64,000 nt of DNA from Bigelowiella natans CCMP2755. Lineage: Eukaryota; Protista; Cercozoa. The notes under the pieces were generated by a model. That model worked only from the letters and a program-made list of their open reading frames with translations. It was not told where the DNA came from and searched no databases. Position numbers and translations under genes: made by a program. Positions 36,980 to 49,177 of this stretch are shown here, in pieces. How positions within the stretch are numbered: position 1 is the stretch's first letter; the number at the start of each line of letters is the position of its first letter. Where the stretch lies: the NCBI GenBank assembly GCA_000320545.1, contig ADNK01001958.1:53270-117269 (forward strand), read 5' to 3'.

Positions 36980-37804
36980 ATGTGTGTGAGTGCGTGTGAT
37001 GGTCATCCCATACCGCAACAAATAGTTTCATAATATAATTCGACAAACGACATGTAACATGGAACGACGTTCAAAGATATCATCCTCATCATCATCATCA
37101 ACAACAACAACAACAACAACGTGTGCTGATGATGGTGATTGACGTCAGTGCGAAGGAGCGGGTACTCTGAACGAAAACGCGGAGATGACGTGCTCACAGT
37201 GTAAAGGGAGAGGCCAGGTAACCTCCTCCTCCTCCTCCTACCTACCTACCTACCTACTACTGCCTTCTGTCATCACCATTCCTACTCTATGTGAGCACGT
37301 ATATAGTCGTGAATTTGTTTTACACGCCTAACCCTCCTTTATTTCCACCTACATCGCATTATTGTTTCAGGTTATTAGGATGCGCCAGCTTGGCCGTGGT
37401 AATACGAGATAGTGAATGATGATGATGATGGTGATGATGATGACGACGAGTAGTAGTAGTAGTAGTATTCACCAAGGAACAGAGCACAAGGGATGATATG
37501 CTCCTCGTATAACTTGAAGAGGATGTATGCTTTTTTTTAACAACATTATATCGTTTATCGGTCACAGATATAATATCCGCCCCTGATATCACATAGCTGC
37601 TTCCATTATGCATTCGTTGATTCATTTAGTGCTTTTTGGTATTATGCAACCAGGAATGATTCAGCAGATTCCCTCTGTTTGTCCATCGTGCCAAGGCTCA
37701 GGATCTGGTATCCCGGAAAAGGTCGTGTCGCTACGATAACGTGACTAAAATGACGAGGCCCTATACCACAATATGTGCCTGCTTACTACTAGCATATTGA
37801 CGAC

Positions 37805-37836
<32 letters not shown>

Positions 37837-38675
37837 CGAGGATGATAACGCAGGACAAGTGCAAGAAGTGTTACGGGAAGGGTACGCAACAGGAACGCAA
37901 CGTCATATCGATCAAAGTGGATAAAGGAGCAGATTCGGTACTACTACTACTGCGATCACGTCGACGACCAAGATTGATGATGATGATGATGATGATTATT
38001 GATAATGATTGATGATGATGATGACTAAATTGGCAGATGGATGCAACATGCATTACAAGCTTCCGCATTATTAGCTTAGATTCTATCCTTATTTATGCAC
38101 CTACTTCCTCCTCATCCTCCTCCTCTTCCCCGTCTGCTTCCTACAGGGTGATAAGATTGTAATGAAGGGAGAGGCCGACGAGAAACCTGGCTTTAGAGCA
38201 GGAGATCTTCACGTATTCTTAGACGTTGACAAGCACATCAGGTGACGATGATATGATGATGATGATGATGATATCGGTTACAGGTGTATGATAACGCCTT
38301 CCTGTGCAGTAGTAATATTTTCTCCTATCAGCATGATGTACTACTCAGCCCTTGTTGAATATAGCGATCTAATTCAATGGATTATATAAAAGGTTTCAGA
38401 GAGAAGGCGATTTCTTGCTGTATAAGAAAAGGCTCTCTGTGAAGGAGGCATTCATGGGTTAGTGGTGGTAGATAATAGAAGATAACGATGTGACCTCTCC
38501 TGTGATGATTTCCTCTACGGTATCTCATCATCGCCCCCTCTCCCTTTTTTGGGTTCTTTCTTCTTATTCTCCTCATTTCTACTACCCACCCACCTCCACT
38601 TCTCCTTTTTGAAGGCTTTGAGTTTCCGATCACCCACCTTGACAACAGGACGATATGTAAGATTATTAGCGATTC

Positions 38676-38713
<38 letters not shown>

Positions 38714-39773
38714 CCAATTGATAACGGCTGCTACCAGTACACGTGTCTTTAATAATGGGCATGACTACACGCACGACAACAAACGGTGAAAACGAAAGAA
38801 GAAATTGTGGTGAATTCGATCATCTGCAGCAGTGTTGAAGTGCAGTGTGTGATGCTAATGGTAATATCATAATTCAGGGGTGAAGCATGAAGGCGTCACG
38901 CAGCCTGGAGCAAGAATGATTGTAAACAGACAACTAATCACTAAAGCATAGCCCTAGAGAAGAAGATGCACATGCACGTAATGTCCTTCGCCCATTCCCA
39001 TTACACACTCGAGACTATTGCTTATGCTTCCCCCCCCCCCCCCCCACCCTTTAGATTCCGAACGAAGGAATGCCAATCACTGGAGGAGGTAAACGAATTA
39101 AGATGACTACTGTCTTGATAATGGTGATGTTTGTATACTATATTATGGTGTGTGATTGAGGGGAGTTTCTATCATCATTTGTTAGGCAAAGGCGATATGA
39201 TTGTTGAATTCGAGGTGGAATTTCCACGGCGTCTGGATCAGTCAACACGCGAAGTAAGATCATGATGATAATAATGATTACGATGATGGTAAACAATCCT
39301 CATGCCCTACCAATCGTGCTTTCTCTTCTGGAAATAGTTATTGTTATTTCCATAACATCTCTCTATTATTCTTCATCTGTTCTCGTCTTCTTCTTCTTAA
39401 TCTTCTGTGATGTAATTATTATTAATATTATTATTATTATTGTTATTGTTAGAAACTCGCTCAATATCTTCCTGGACCTGAGCCTAGGAAGATGCCCAAT
39501 GGAACGGTTGTTTTAAATATTTCCTTCTGTGTCCCCCCCCCACCCCCTCTCTCCTGCGAATAAAATGACTAGTGAAAATTGTAATCGAAGCTTTTATTGA
39601 AGCTTTTAACATCCCGCAACTATTCATCATCGTCATTTTGTTTTAACAATGATCGTTTAATTATCTCTACCATTGCCGTACATCAGACACCAGTACCGGA
39701 ATTGTTACCTTTCGATCTGGCATGGTTCGAGGTCATAGAAACTTGCATATAAAGCGGCGGAAAGAGGGGAGGG

Positions 39774-39819
<46 letters not shown>

Positions 39820-40058
39820 ACATTTTAATTTCCCCTTGCTTCTCTCCTTCGAATATGCATGATTTATGTCGACGATATACTAAACAGCGGCAAATGGAAG
39901 AGAGGGAGAGGAAGAAGAAGGAGCGCCAGCAAAAGAAGAAAAAGAAGGAAATCTACGAATCTGTGTCCACGACGGAAGAGGAAGAAGCTCGTGGAGGCCG
40001 CAGTCCATTTGGAGGGGGGGGACGCGGAGGGCCCGGCGTGCAGTGCCAAACACAATGA
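34267..40058 (+). CDS. DNAJA: Type I Hsp40 (DNAJA/Ydj1-like) with N-terminal hydrophobic leader and C-terminal CaaX, ~20 exons
   Basis: J domain (FYK|RLGVAKTAT...|MHPDKGGDPVKFKEIHEAYETLS); four CxxCxGxG repeats (CDE|CEGAG, CSQCKGRG, CPSCQGSG, CKKCYGKG); GDKIVMKGEADE, EGMP and GDMIVEFEVEFP; ends GVQCQTQ*. Confidence 0.92.
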
Positions 40059-40455
40059 TCAATGTGTATGCACATATGTGCATGTGCACATGTACAAACA
40101 CGCACACACATTTACACACACCCAGAATGCGCATGTGTACGCGCACGCGCGCACGCGCGCATAGTGTGTGTCGTTGTGTGTATGAAGAGACTCATTGCAT
40201 CCTGTGTGAGTCTAGCTGACAGCAAGTTCAGTACAATAGTAAAGTCAGACGACGTAATCCAACATCAAACATGTATGCATTGAGAGATTATTTTGATACT
40301 ATGCGCACAGCAGAGATGTGACGACATGTTGGAACGACGACAGGCGGTGCACCAACTGTGCTAGTGTGAGCTACTTTCTTGTGGAATCCTTTCGCCAGGA
40401 ACGAGTAGGCAACAACGTGATGAGTCGAAGTTTCCTCATGCTGCGATCTTTCTGC

Positions 40456-40941
40456 AGAGCTCTAGAGCTGTCGTGCATTTCAATTTCCCACGCGCCTGGC
40501 TGTCCACGCCCAGTGCAGCAGTCTGTCACCAAGTTGAGTGCACGCGCTAGCGCGGGCCGGTTGAGTTTTCACTCATCAAATTGGAACAAAAACAATGACA
40601 GACCTTTCAGTGCAACACCAATGCGAGCGTGTGGGAAGTGAAACGTGCAAACGATGAAAATTTGAATGTGCACGCCTGGACATTGTCAACATCGTTCGCC
40701 ACGTGCGTGCCACGCGCGTGGAACGCTCGACCAGCCCACTCGTGCATGATCGTTGTTCTTCTGCAAAAACCCAGGCCTGCCCAAAACTTTAGGACAAACC
40801 TGCAGCGCAATGCACGTCGATTCAGCACCCAACTTCAGGTTCAGGGCACTCACACACAGTGCATTGTCAATCAGTTCCAACACGCTCTTGAGCAAAATTG
40901 GTGAATGGCGCTGGAACGCACGCACACAGCTCTAGAGCTCT
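40456..40941. mobile_element. Possible non-autonomous DNA transposon with ~20-bp terminal inverted repeats; interior TpA-depleted
   Basis: AGAGCTCTAGAGCTGTCGTGC (40456-40476) versus GCACACAGCTCTAGAGCTCT (40922-40941). No clear TSD. Confidence 0.45.
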
Positions 40942-41417
40942 TTGAAGTGAGCACGAGCCGACGTACCTCCTCATCCAGTTTCGTTTACGATGCACGTTGC
41001 AACTTTGATGCCCGCGTTACAGGTTTGGCCCACTCGTGTGAGCCTCCCACAATCTCCATCACCCCATCCATCCAGGAGGCACAACACACAGCGACGATGC
41101 TGCAAGAACAGACTTGTTTCTTGTTAACCTTAAAACATCTTACACTTATTGACCTAATTGCAGACAAAAGGCCAGTGGTGAGAATCTGGAACATTCGTGA
41201 ATATGATAGCAACATGCGCGCTCACTTCGGTAGTTTCATGCTTAAAAAACGAACTTTCTGCAGTAGCAGCCAACTCGCTTCACAGAAGCGACTCATTCGC
41301 CGACTACCTGATAAGCGCACATGCCCTCCTCGAAGAGAAGGAGAAGACATGGGGGAGCAGAGGGAACAGATAAAACCCTAAGAAAACTCGAACAGAAGAG
41401 GACTGGAAGGTACCAGA

Positions 41418-42533
41418 ATGAGCGATAGCCCTTACCCCTCCGTATGAGACCGTGAATCATGTGATTGCTGCGGCACAGGCCAACCAGCTCCTCCAGCTGT
41501 GAATTCAATTTTGTTGCACGTGAGGAGGCCAAATCGGGGGCTAGTTCCGGGAAAAAGGTCGCTCTGGGGAAATCACCTTGCAGCCAAGCATGATTTCTCT
41601 TTCGTTGATCCCATTCTATTGCACTTGCTGGAGTCTTCTCTCGTTTCATGTTGAGCTTCTCCGGTTTAAAGTTGACCGCTTTCACAGGAACTCCGATTCT
41701 TGACAGAGAAGGAGATCTTGCCCGCATCGATGAGGGCGGAAAAAGAAGGAATCTACGAATGGGAGATGGCTCTCCCCAGCCCGGAAACAGACTCGGGGAA
41801 AAGCTTTCTCCTTGCAGCAGAGCAAGCAGAGCGGGTTCATGCTAAATACAGGTAGCATTACAGAATAAGAGGAGATGCTTTTCGCGGGGTGATCAATGAG
41901 ATATAGGAAATTCTGTACATCAGGTACGGTGCCGTACTGGTTACAGGGAGTGATTTCATTCCTCTCCGAGTGGGGAGCAATTCGAAGCCTTTCAAGAGAA
42001 AGGAAATACACGCTGAAGCAGCCACATTGAAGGTGAGGGAGTCAGGACGATTATAATTTCTCACCTTCGCGAAGATGATAGATACTTTGACTGTTGTAAC
42101 ATTACAGGGACTCCCAAGCGGGGGAGCAAAAGGCAAAACCATGATTATCGTGCGATTGCCCCCTCGAAGCTCAAAGGTCAAACTGGCTCGAAATGATACA
42201 AGTAAGAAGAGTGTAGTCGATGAGGCCGATGAAGACGACTCAGATTTCTGCATCTTCGAGAAGTTTCGAACATCTGAGAGTGTGGCAGAGGCTGAAGCTG
42301 TCGCCCTTCATGGCCGGTATTTGAATGCGCGGCCATGCGAAAATTGCTATAAAAAGATGGAAACCGCTGGTGTACGGTTGTGCGTCTTTACCAAGCCGTC
42401 AAAAGGCAGAATAGGTTGTGTAAGATTTAGGTGCGAGCAACAGAAGGATAGTGGAAATCATCATGTAGAAAATTTGGGCAAGCGGAAACGAAAATGGATG
42501 GCAGAGCGCATAAAAGGAAAAGGATTATGGTAA
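41418..42533 (+). CDS. Zn-dependent cytidine/deoxycytidylate deaminase-family protein (about 5 exons)
   Basis: Spliced reading FLLAAEQAERVHAKYR|YGAVLVTG...GSN...EIHAEAATLK|GLP...IIVRL...NARPCENCYKKMETAGVRLCVFT. HAE at 42009 and PCxxC at 42333. Confidence 0.85.
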
Positions 42534-42788
42534 AGTGACTTGCTAAGATCTACGATATTGCATCACTATGTTGCTGAAAGTGGCGTGAAGTCTGACGAAT
42601 TTGGATGATATTGATGTACGCTACTACTGGTATTTCGGACGTAAAACAAGTGAAAATTAAGAATATCGTCCTACACATGGAGGCTAGTTGTCTCAACATA
42701 ACTGCTTCGTATCGATTTCGTCAAATTCTACGTGCGGCTCGATACAACACATACATGCATCGCTTTCAAATGCATGAAGCACGTGGTG

Positions 42789-42890
42789 GCAGAAACCAAC
42801 AGGCACAACATTAGCGCTGTAGCCGCTGCATTGCACAGCTACATCAGGATGACCATTGAAAAAATTTAATTCTTCATTACATCCGTCTCA
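42789..42890 (+). repeat. Arm of the MITE-like family
   Basis: GCAGAAACCAACAGGCACAACATTAGCGCTGTAGCCGC...CATCCGTCTCA matches 22686-22790. Confidence 0.75.
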
Positions 42891-43248
42891 TACATGCATC
42901 GCAGACTTCGCTGTATGTGCGCAGGCTTGCACATTTGTATTTACTTTCTGTAACTTGTTCGAAATGCGGTCACAATGCAAGCGAACACGCTTGCCTTTGC
43001 ATGTCGTATGCTGAGCACGGAACGTTACTTATATCATAGCTAGCAATAGAGTAGTATGTACAGAGTGTGTGTGTGTGTGTGTGTATAACACTCATTATGA
43101 GTTTACGCGTACAAATAATACGCAGCACGCAGCAGCGGCTTCGATCGGCATGACGATACATGATAAGGTGAGAAAGCGTTGATGAGAATGTCAGTCATAA
43201 ACTCTATATATCTCATACTGCTTGGCAGCACCACACTTATCGCCTGTA

Positions 43249-46076
43249 TCAGCGTACTTTCAACCCCAAATTTCTCAGGAAGTCGAAGTAAACGTCGAAT
43301 GTGTTTATTTCCACCTTTAGCCTCTTGAGCATATCTTTGTGCTGCTTGGCGGGTGGCTTTACGCGGAAGCACTGCAACGTCGCGCCCGTCGTGTTCGCCA
43401 GAAGAATATCCGCCTTGGTTATTGGACCGATTCCCGAGTCAATCACTTGAACCTGATGTTCGTAGGGCAATGCGGTTATTATGTGAAAGTGCATTAGCAT
43501 TATATATAGAGCACAGCCTCTAACAAAACGACATTCAAGTATGAAAAGCTTGCTGTGCTCATGGATTCGCAGATGATTTTGCCAGTCGGCCCATCGCTAG
43601 TGCTGATGTTTGGATGTTTGGATGTTTGGATGTTTGGTGGGTTATAAGTCCGCAAAACAATTTAAGTGCCGAATCTCCGTTATAAGTAATGTACGTGTGT
43701 CATCTTGTCGCGGTTGTCCGGGTCCTCTTCGTCTAGAAACGGCTCTTGGCATGCAGCTATCAACGGCTGCAATGTACCCTGCTTATCAGCCTTTACTATC
43801 ACCATGTGTGGGTTATCGGAGGATCCGAGTCGTGTTTCAAAGAATTCCTCATACTCTTTCTCTTCGTCATAAACATCATACTGTCCTTTTTGCTGCTCGT
43901 CAGCGTCGTAATCGTCACCATTTCTATCCAGATCAATCAGCTTCCCGCCCCCAAAGACTTGCTCCTCCGACTCATTGCCCCGTATGCGGGGCTGCTGATG
44001 ATACCTCTCCTCGCATTGCCTGCATGGATGACATTGCTAATGAGGACGTGGGAAAAGGGCACTTGTTCTGAATCGAAACGCACACATTTGTTTCTTGTTG
44101 TCTCATTCTTTTTCTCCTAGTAATCTCACACTACCTCTCTTCGGCAAGAGATATGGCCTGGTGCTCTTCCAGTGCGCCAATAAAGTCATCACCAGGCTGT
44201 GGTAAGCCTCTCCCACCCATTATCTGCACTGGGACCCCAGGTGGGACATGGTCGAGCACTATTTTGCGGTCTGATGCCGATGTGATTTGCTTTATCTTTC
44301 CCATCACCATTCCAGCCGTGAAAGCGTCGCCTTTGCGCAAGCAACCTTGCCACAGCACCACGGTCATCACGTTGCCGCGACCTAAATATGGAATCAAGAG
44401 AAGAAGAAGAAAGGAGAACAATAAGACAGAATCCAGTAGAAGGTGCGCTAATACAATCGCATACTTGGCCAAATCGATGCAAGCATACCCCGAACCTGCT
44501 ATCTATTGATTCTTTCTGACCCTACAAGAAATCAGCTTTGACGATTCATACGCACACATATTTCTCTACTCCGACGGTACGGACGACAACGATAACGATT
44601 ATAGTCAACCTGGGTCTTCCCTAAAAGCCTCGATAACTGCACCGTATGGTTGTGCATCCACATCAGCCTCCATGGCTAATCCTCCTTCAAGTCTCTCAAC
44701 TACTCGTCGTTTAAATGAATCAAAGTTCCATCCTGTTCTTGCAGAGATACCAGTAGGTTCAATCATGGAGTTCTCCAAAAATGCAGAAGGATACTCTGGA
44801 AAAGCCTTGGTGCCTGATGGTGGGAAGGGTAACGATGGTGGCGCTTTAGGTTTCAGAAGAACATGCACAGAAACGCCACGTAGCATATCCTAGACGTCAC
44901 TATCAGAATCACTATCACGAGCCATCACGCAGCCATTCACCAACAACAATAAGAACGGTATCATATTCATTGGAACACATAAAAGTTCCATTCTCATCAC
45001 GAATTGTCGCTGTATATCAAGATTGACCTTGAACTATGCTGGCTTTGATTTCGGTCGCCAACTGATCAAACGCTGTTTGGTCGCGGTTCGTGAGGACACC
45101 CTCGTCAAGCTTGGTTATGACCGGGAGCATAGGGATACCATGCTCTGCTGCGAAACTGATGCTTTCGAGCGTCTGCAGTTGTAGGCCTTGGTTGAAGTCA
45201 ACCACCAACACCGCCAGGTCGGACAGAAAGGCAGCATTGTCTCGCATACTTGTGAATACGCGGTGCCCTGGTGTATCCAGGAAAGTCGTTGGAACCTCAC
45301 CGTCAAGATTTACGAGAAAGCAGTAGGTGTCCTGTGTGATACCTGTGTTGTGGGAATGAGGGGGGGGAGGAGGAAGAGGAGGAAAGGAAAAAACAGAGGC
45401 ATGCTTATAAAGTCCATTTCCAAGGTTTATACATATCGGCGGGATGGATTGACCTCCAGGTTCGTGGAGGGCTACATTGGATCCTCCTCTGAGAGCGTCC
45501 ATAAGAGTTGTTTTTCCGTGGTCTACATGGCCTAGAATTGATACGACACTTGGCCGTGGGAGCATTACAGGGATGTGACCTTCCTGTTGATCAGGCTCGA
45601 TCTTGATGTCCAATGGTGTCGATTCTCTTTCGTATACTTCACATAGATCTTTTGCCTGGGTGATCATATTTGTTGGAGGGGAAACCGAAGAATAAGAAGA
45701 TGAGCACACACACAAACACGCAAACTAGAATTTCAAGTTGACGGTGCAGACCGACCTCCTCATAGCTCAGCACCAACGCCTTGACGTCGCGGTACGAAGT
45801 CTTTTTCAAGGTTTTTAGAGTGACCTTTGGCCACCAATCAAATCTAGTTGCAGCCTTTTTGCACACGTCCATCATAGTGCGGTTGAGCTTTTTGGAGAGC
45901 AGGGGTACCGTCATAAACCTAGGGAGCTCGAGGTTGTTAGGCACAACACGCCGAGGCCCCCTAGTTCGCTGCTTCCTACGACTCGCCTTTTTAACGGCAT
46001 CAATGAACTCCTTCTCGGCAAACTCGTATGTTTTCGGAGGCGTCCGGAACACCTTTCTCATCCTCTCCCCTCTGAG
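43249..46076 (-). CDS. infB: Bacterial-type (organellar) translation initiation factor IF-2-like GTPase; 5' exons unresolved
   Basis: RPSVVSILGHVDHGKTTLMDALR, EPG|GITQ, FLDTPGH, ITKLD; domain II GRGNVMTVVLWQGCLRKGD; domain III VIVKADKQGTL and SGIGPITKADILLA. Confidence 0.88.
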
Positions 46077-47433
46077 CTACAGTAGCATCGCCAGCACGCC
46101 GAGGAGTGCTTTCGGGGGGAGGAGGTTCTCGGTAGTGATAATCGCAGTAGCGGTGAATGGTCTACCGGCGTTTGGAATGAGCGACAAACTTCACCTAGTG
46201 AAAATGAGGATAAGGCTTGCTCTCTACCAAAATACCAGGAAACATCGTATAAAACTTTGCCAGGACAACGAACACAAAAAACAACCCATCACCGCACATG
46301 TGCACGAAGCAGATGATGGGTTTGATCATCGGCTGCCTGTTGTAATTATTATTGCTTAATGGGAAGAAAATGGCCCTTAATTAAACATGATTTGTGGACC
46401 AAATGCATTGTCGCAGGACGGAAATACTCGTGAATATATGTGTACATTCATTCATCCACACTTTCCTTCTCTCACCCCTCCCAGTGGCACGTCATCGCTT
46501 GGACACAAACATCCTCGCCTTTGGAAAGTAGTGCCTCTGCTGTGTTTGCGCCATGGTGAAAGTCGCAGCCATTTTGACATTCATGCTCGTGGTGAGACCG
46601 TCGTCCACGGTGACGATCGCACAGAAGCAAACCCATTTTGTTTCATCGGCAGCTTCGGTACGGCATCGTGGACAGGTCAGAAGACGTGCATCTACCTCTT
46701 ACTACAATTTCAATTATCATCGCTCAACGTGTTGATAGTAGGAAGCTGCTTTTATTGTCAGATGCCTCCCCCCGTAAGAGCACATGTTGCACAAGGCACT
46801 AAGAATATCAAGACAGCCGCAAGAAACACCTACTTTCAAACGGAGGACTCCAATGTGAACAGCGCTAGGTCAATTCATTTTTTCCTTGAGCTGTAACTGC
46901 ACGTTTAAAAAGATAACCTCCGATATTGCATTTTCATATTGCCTTAGGAGCAGCAGAGTAGACACGTGTCATGTCTCTGCTGAGAAATCCAGTGGTGATG
47001 GAATGTGCACGACAACTACGTTAGCAGAGCACGAGGTCTAAACTTTCATTTCAGAGAGGACACCATTTATATCTAAAAGCACACTGCTGAGAATTTGAAT
47101 TTTTCCAAAGGACGACCTCTTACGTTTCTCTTCAGTGAAGGTCATATAAGCTGATACATTGCCTAGTTACTTCGCCTTGTGTTTATAATATTGGGCAGCA
47201 GCTCTGAACATATTGATTAATAATCTATAGTCTGGTGGTCTGAGGCTCTTTGTTGTCTATTACCTCATTGGCCAAGGTATTGGACTCCCTAACATGAGAG
47301 AGAGCGCGCGCACACACACACACACACACTCATAGAACAGAGACAGTTCCTTACTAAAAATCTTAAATTTGATTGCTCTTCTTTCTCTCAGGGTGGACAG
47401 TTGAGGACGAATCCGAAGGTACACCCCCACCCT

Positions 47434-47506
<73 letters not shown>

Positions 47507-48122
47507 CTATTCTAATACATTCTGTGTTAAACAATGAGATATTACAGCACTATATATTCCATTATTCCATGAACCCAACGCCTGATTTCGATCTCTACTC
47601 AAATTATTTGACTGAAAGGCCGATTGTGGGCAACTTTAAAGAAGGTGAGTTCTAATTTAAACTACTGTGAACGATATTAGCAAACTAAGAAGACGACGGA
47701 GGTCATAACTTTGTAATATATTCGTTACAGAACAACGAAGTTCGCGGGAACCTGTTACTGGAAGTGTTTAGCGAAGGGTCGGATCAACTATGTTTGGAAA
47801 AACTACGAATATTGCATTTTGCGATAGCCGTCTAATACCTTCATTACAATATATCTAGAGAATCAGGGAGTCGTGGCGCATTACGTGTCAGGCGCTTAGC
47901 TGACAGAACTAGACCATACTTTCTTAAGGTGAGCTGGTGTATTTGGGCTGGTAGCAGCTTTCACAGCATGTCCATTGGTAAGTGGGATCTTTGAAGGTGA
48001 TGTATTTGTTTGTGATAATCTGAAAGGAAGCTGTGGCGTTGAAAGCTCTGATAGAAGAACTTGAAGTAATTTTTTCTTTAACGATTGCACGAGTACAATG
48101 TATATAATATATGTATCTATGT

Positions 48123-48178
<56 letters not shown>

Positions 48179-48808
48179 TCACATATATAATATTTAAGAC
48201 GTATCTTTTCCCATAGTATTCATTTCTACACACTAATGGATTCCTACTTCGACCGAATCAGGAGCTTAACGTTGACAGCTCGATTCCAGACGATAAGCGT
48301 CTTTTCTTCTTAGAGGTGTATATTGTTTCGTGAAGCTATTGTTTCCAAATCTAACGATACACTCATTGCTGTTAGAATTCGGATACGCTGCAAGAAGCAA
48401 AGGAGCTCATAATGAAATCAGTAGCATAAGGGATGATCATAAGTAATCTACGTTGTATCACATTTCTGTTTAACAATGAATGCTATTACCTGAGCAATAA
48501 GAATGGGGAAGCGTGAATTGTCATTAATGTTCACGGTGTTCGCGAAAAATATTTACTAGCGATGCGATGAAAGGGAATATATTGCTATTAGAGACGCATG
48601 AATATGATATGTTATTATATGAAATGATACAATTTCACATCTCTTAATTATCAAAACCTCGTTAACGTGTCTCGAGATCGAAGTTGATGTGAAATCGAAC
48701 AATAGCGTCAGATTGCTAACGGATTCCTGTATGCATCACTGCGCGCATGGGCTGCGAGTAGGTCTGGGATGATGCTCTACGGAGCTCCCTCGTACATGTA
48801 AAAAAGTA

Positions 48809-48916
48809 AGACGGATGTGATTAATCAATTAAATTTGTTCAATGGCCATCCTTATGTAGCTGTGCAATGCAGCGGCTACAGCGCTTATGTTGAATCTATT
48901 AATTGGTTTCCACCAT
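48809..48916 (-). repeat. Arm of the MITE-like family (reverse orientation)
   Basis: AGACGGATGT...CAATGGCCATCCTTATGTAGCTGTGCAATGCAGCGGCTACAGCGCTTATGTTG is a close reverse complement of the 42806-42888 copy. Confidence 0.78.
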
Positions 48917-49177
48917 GCATACATGGCTAGCAGAATGTAGTAAATTGCTCACAATAAATGGCTACGAATGCGCGCTTAACATGGACGGCCTGCCCCATGC
49001 TATTTACAATTTACTACTTGTATTTGTGTGTGGACATCGATGTACCCACACACGCGCTGATATACGAGGTGGACAGTCGTAAAAGAGAATATCAAAACCC
49101 TCGGTGCCTACTAGAAGGCTCGGCATCACTTAAAATAGCAGTATCAGATCGGATACGCTCGGCTACGACACATATTG

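Noticed and set aside
40318-41381. Overlapping ORFs on both strands as genes
   Set aside because: They are explained by loss of TAA/TAG in the TA-depleted tract, and no domain was recognised.
46400-48600. Possible small spliced genes (also 24500-25550 and 50940-52350)
   Set aside because: Short GT-AG-bounded open segments suggest genes, but there is no supportable model or product.
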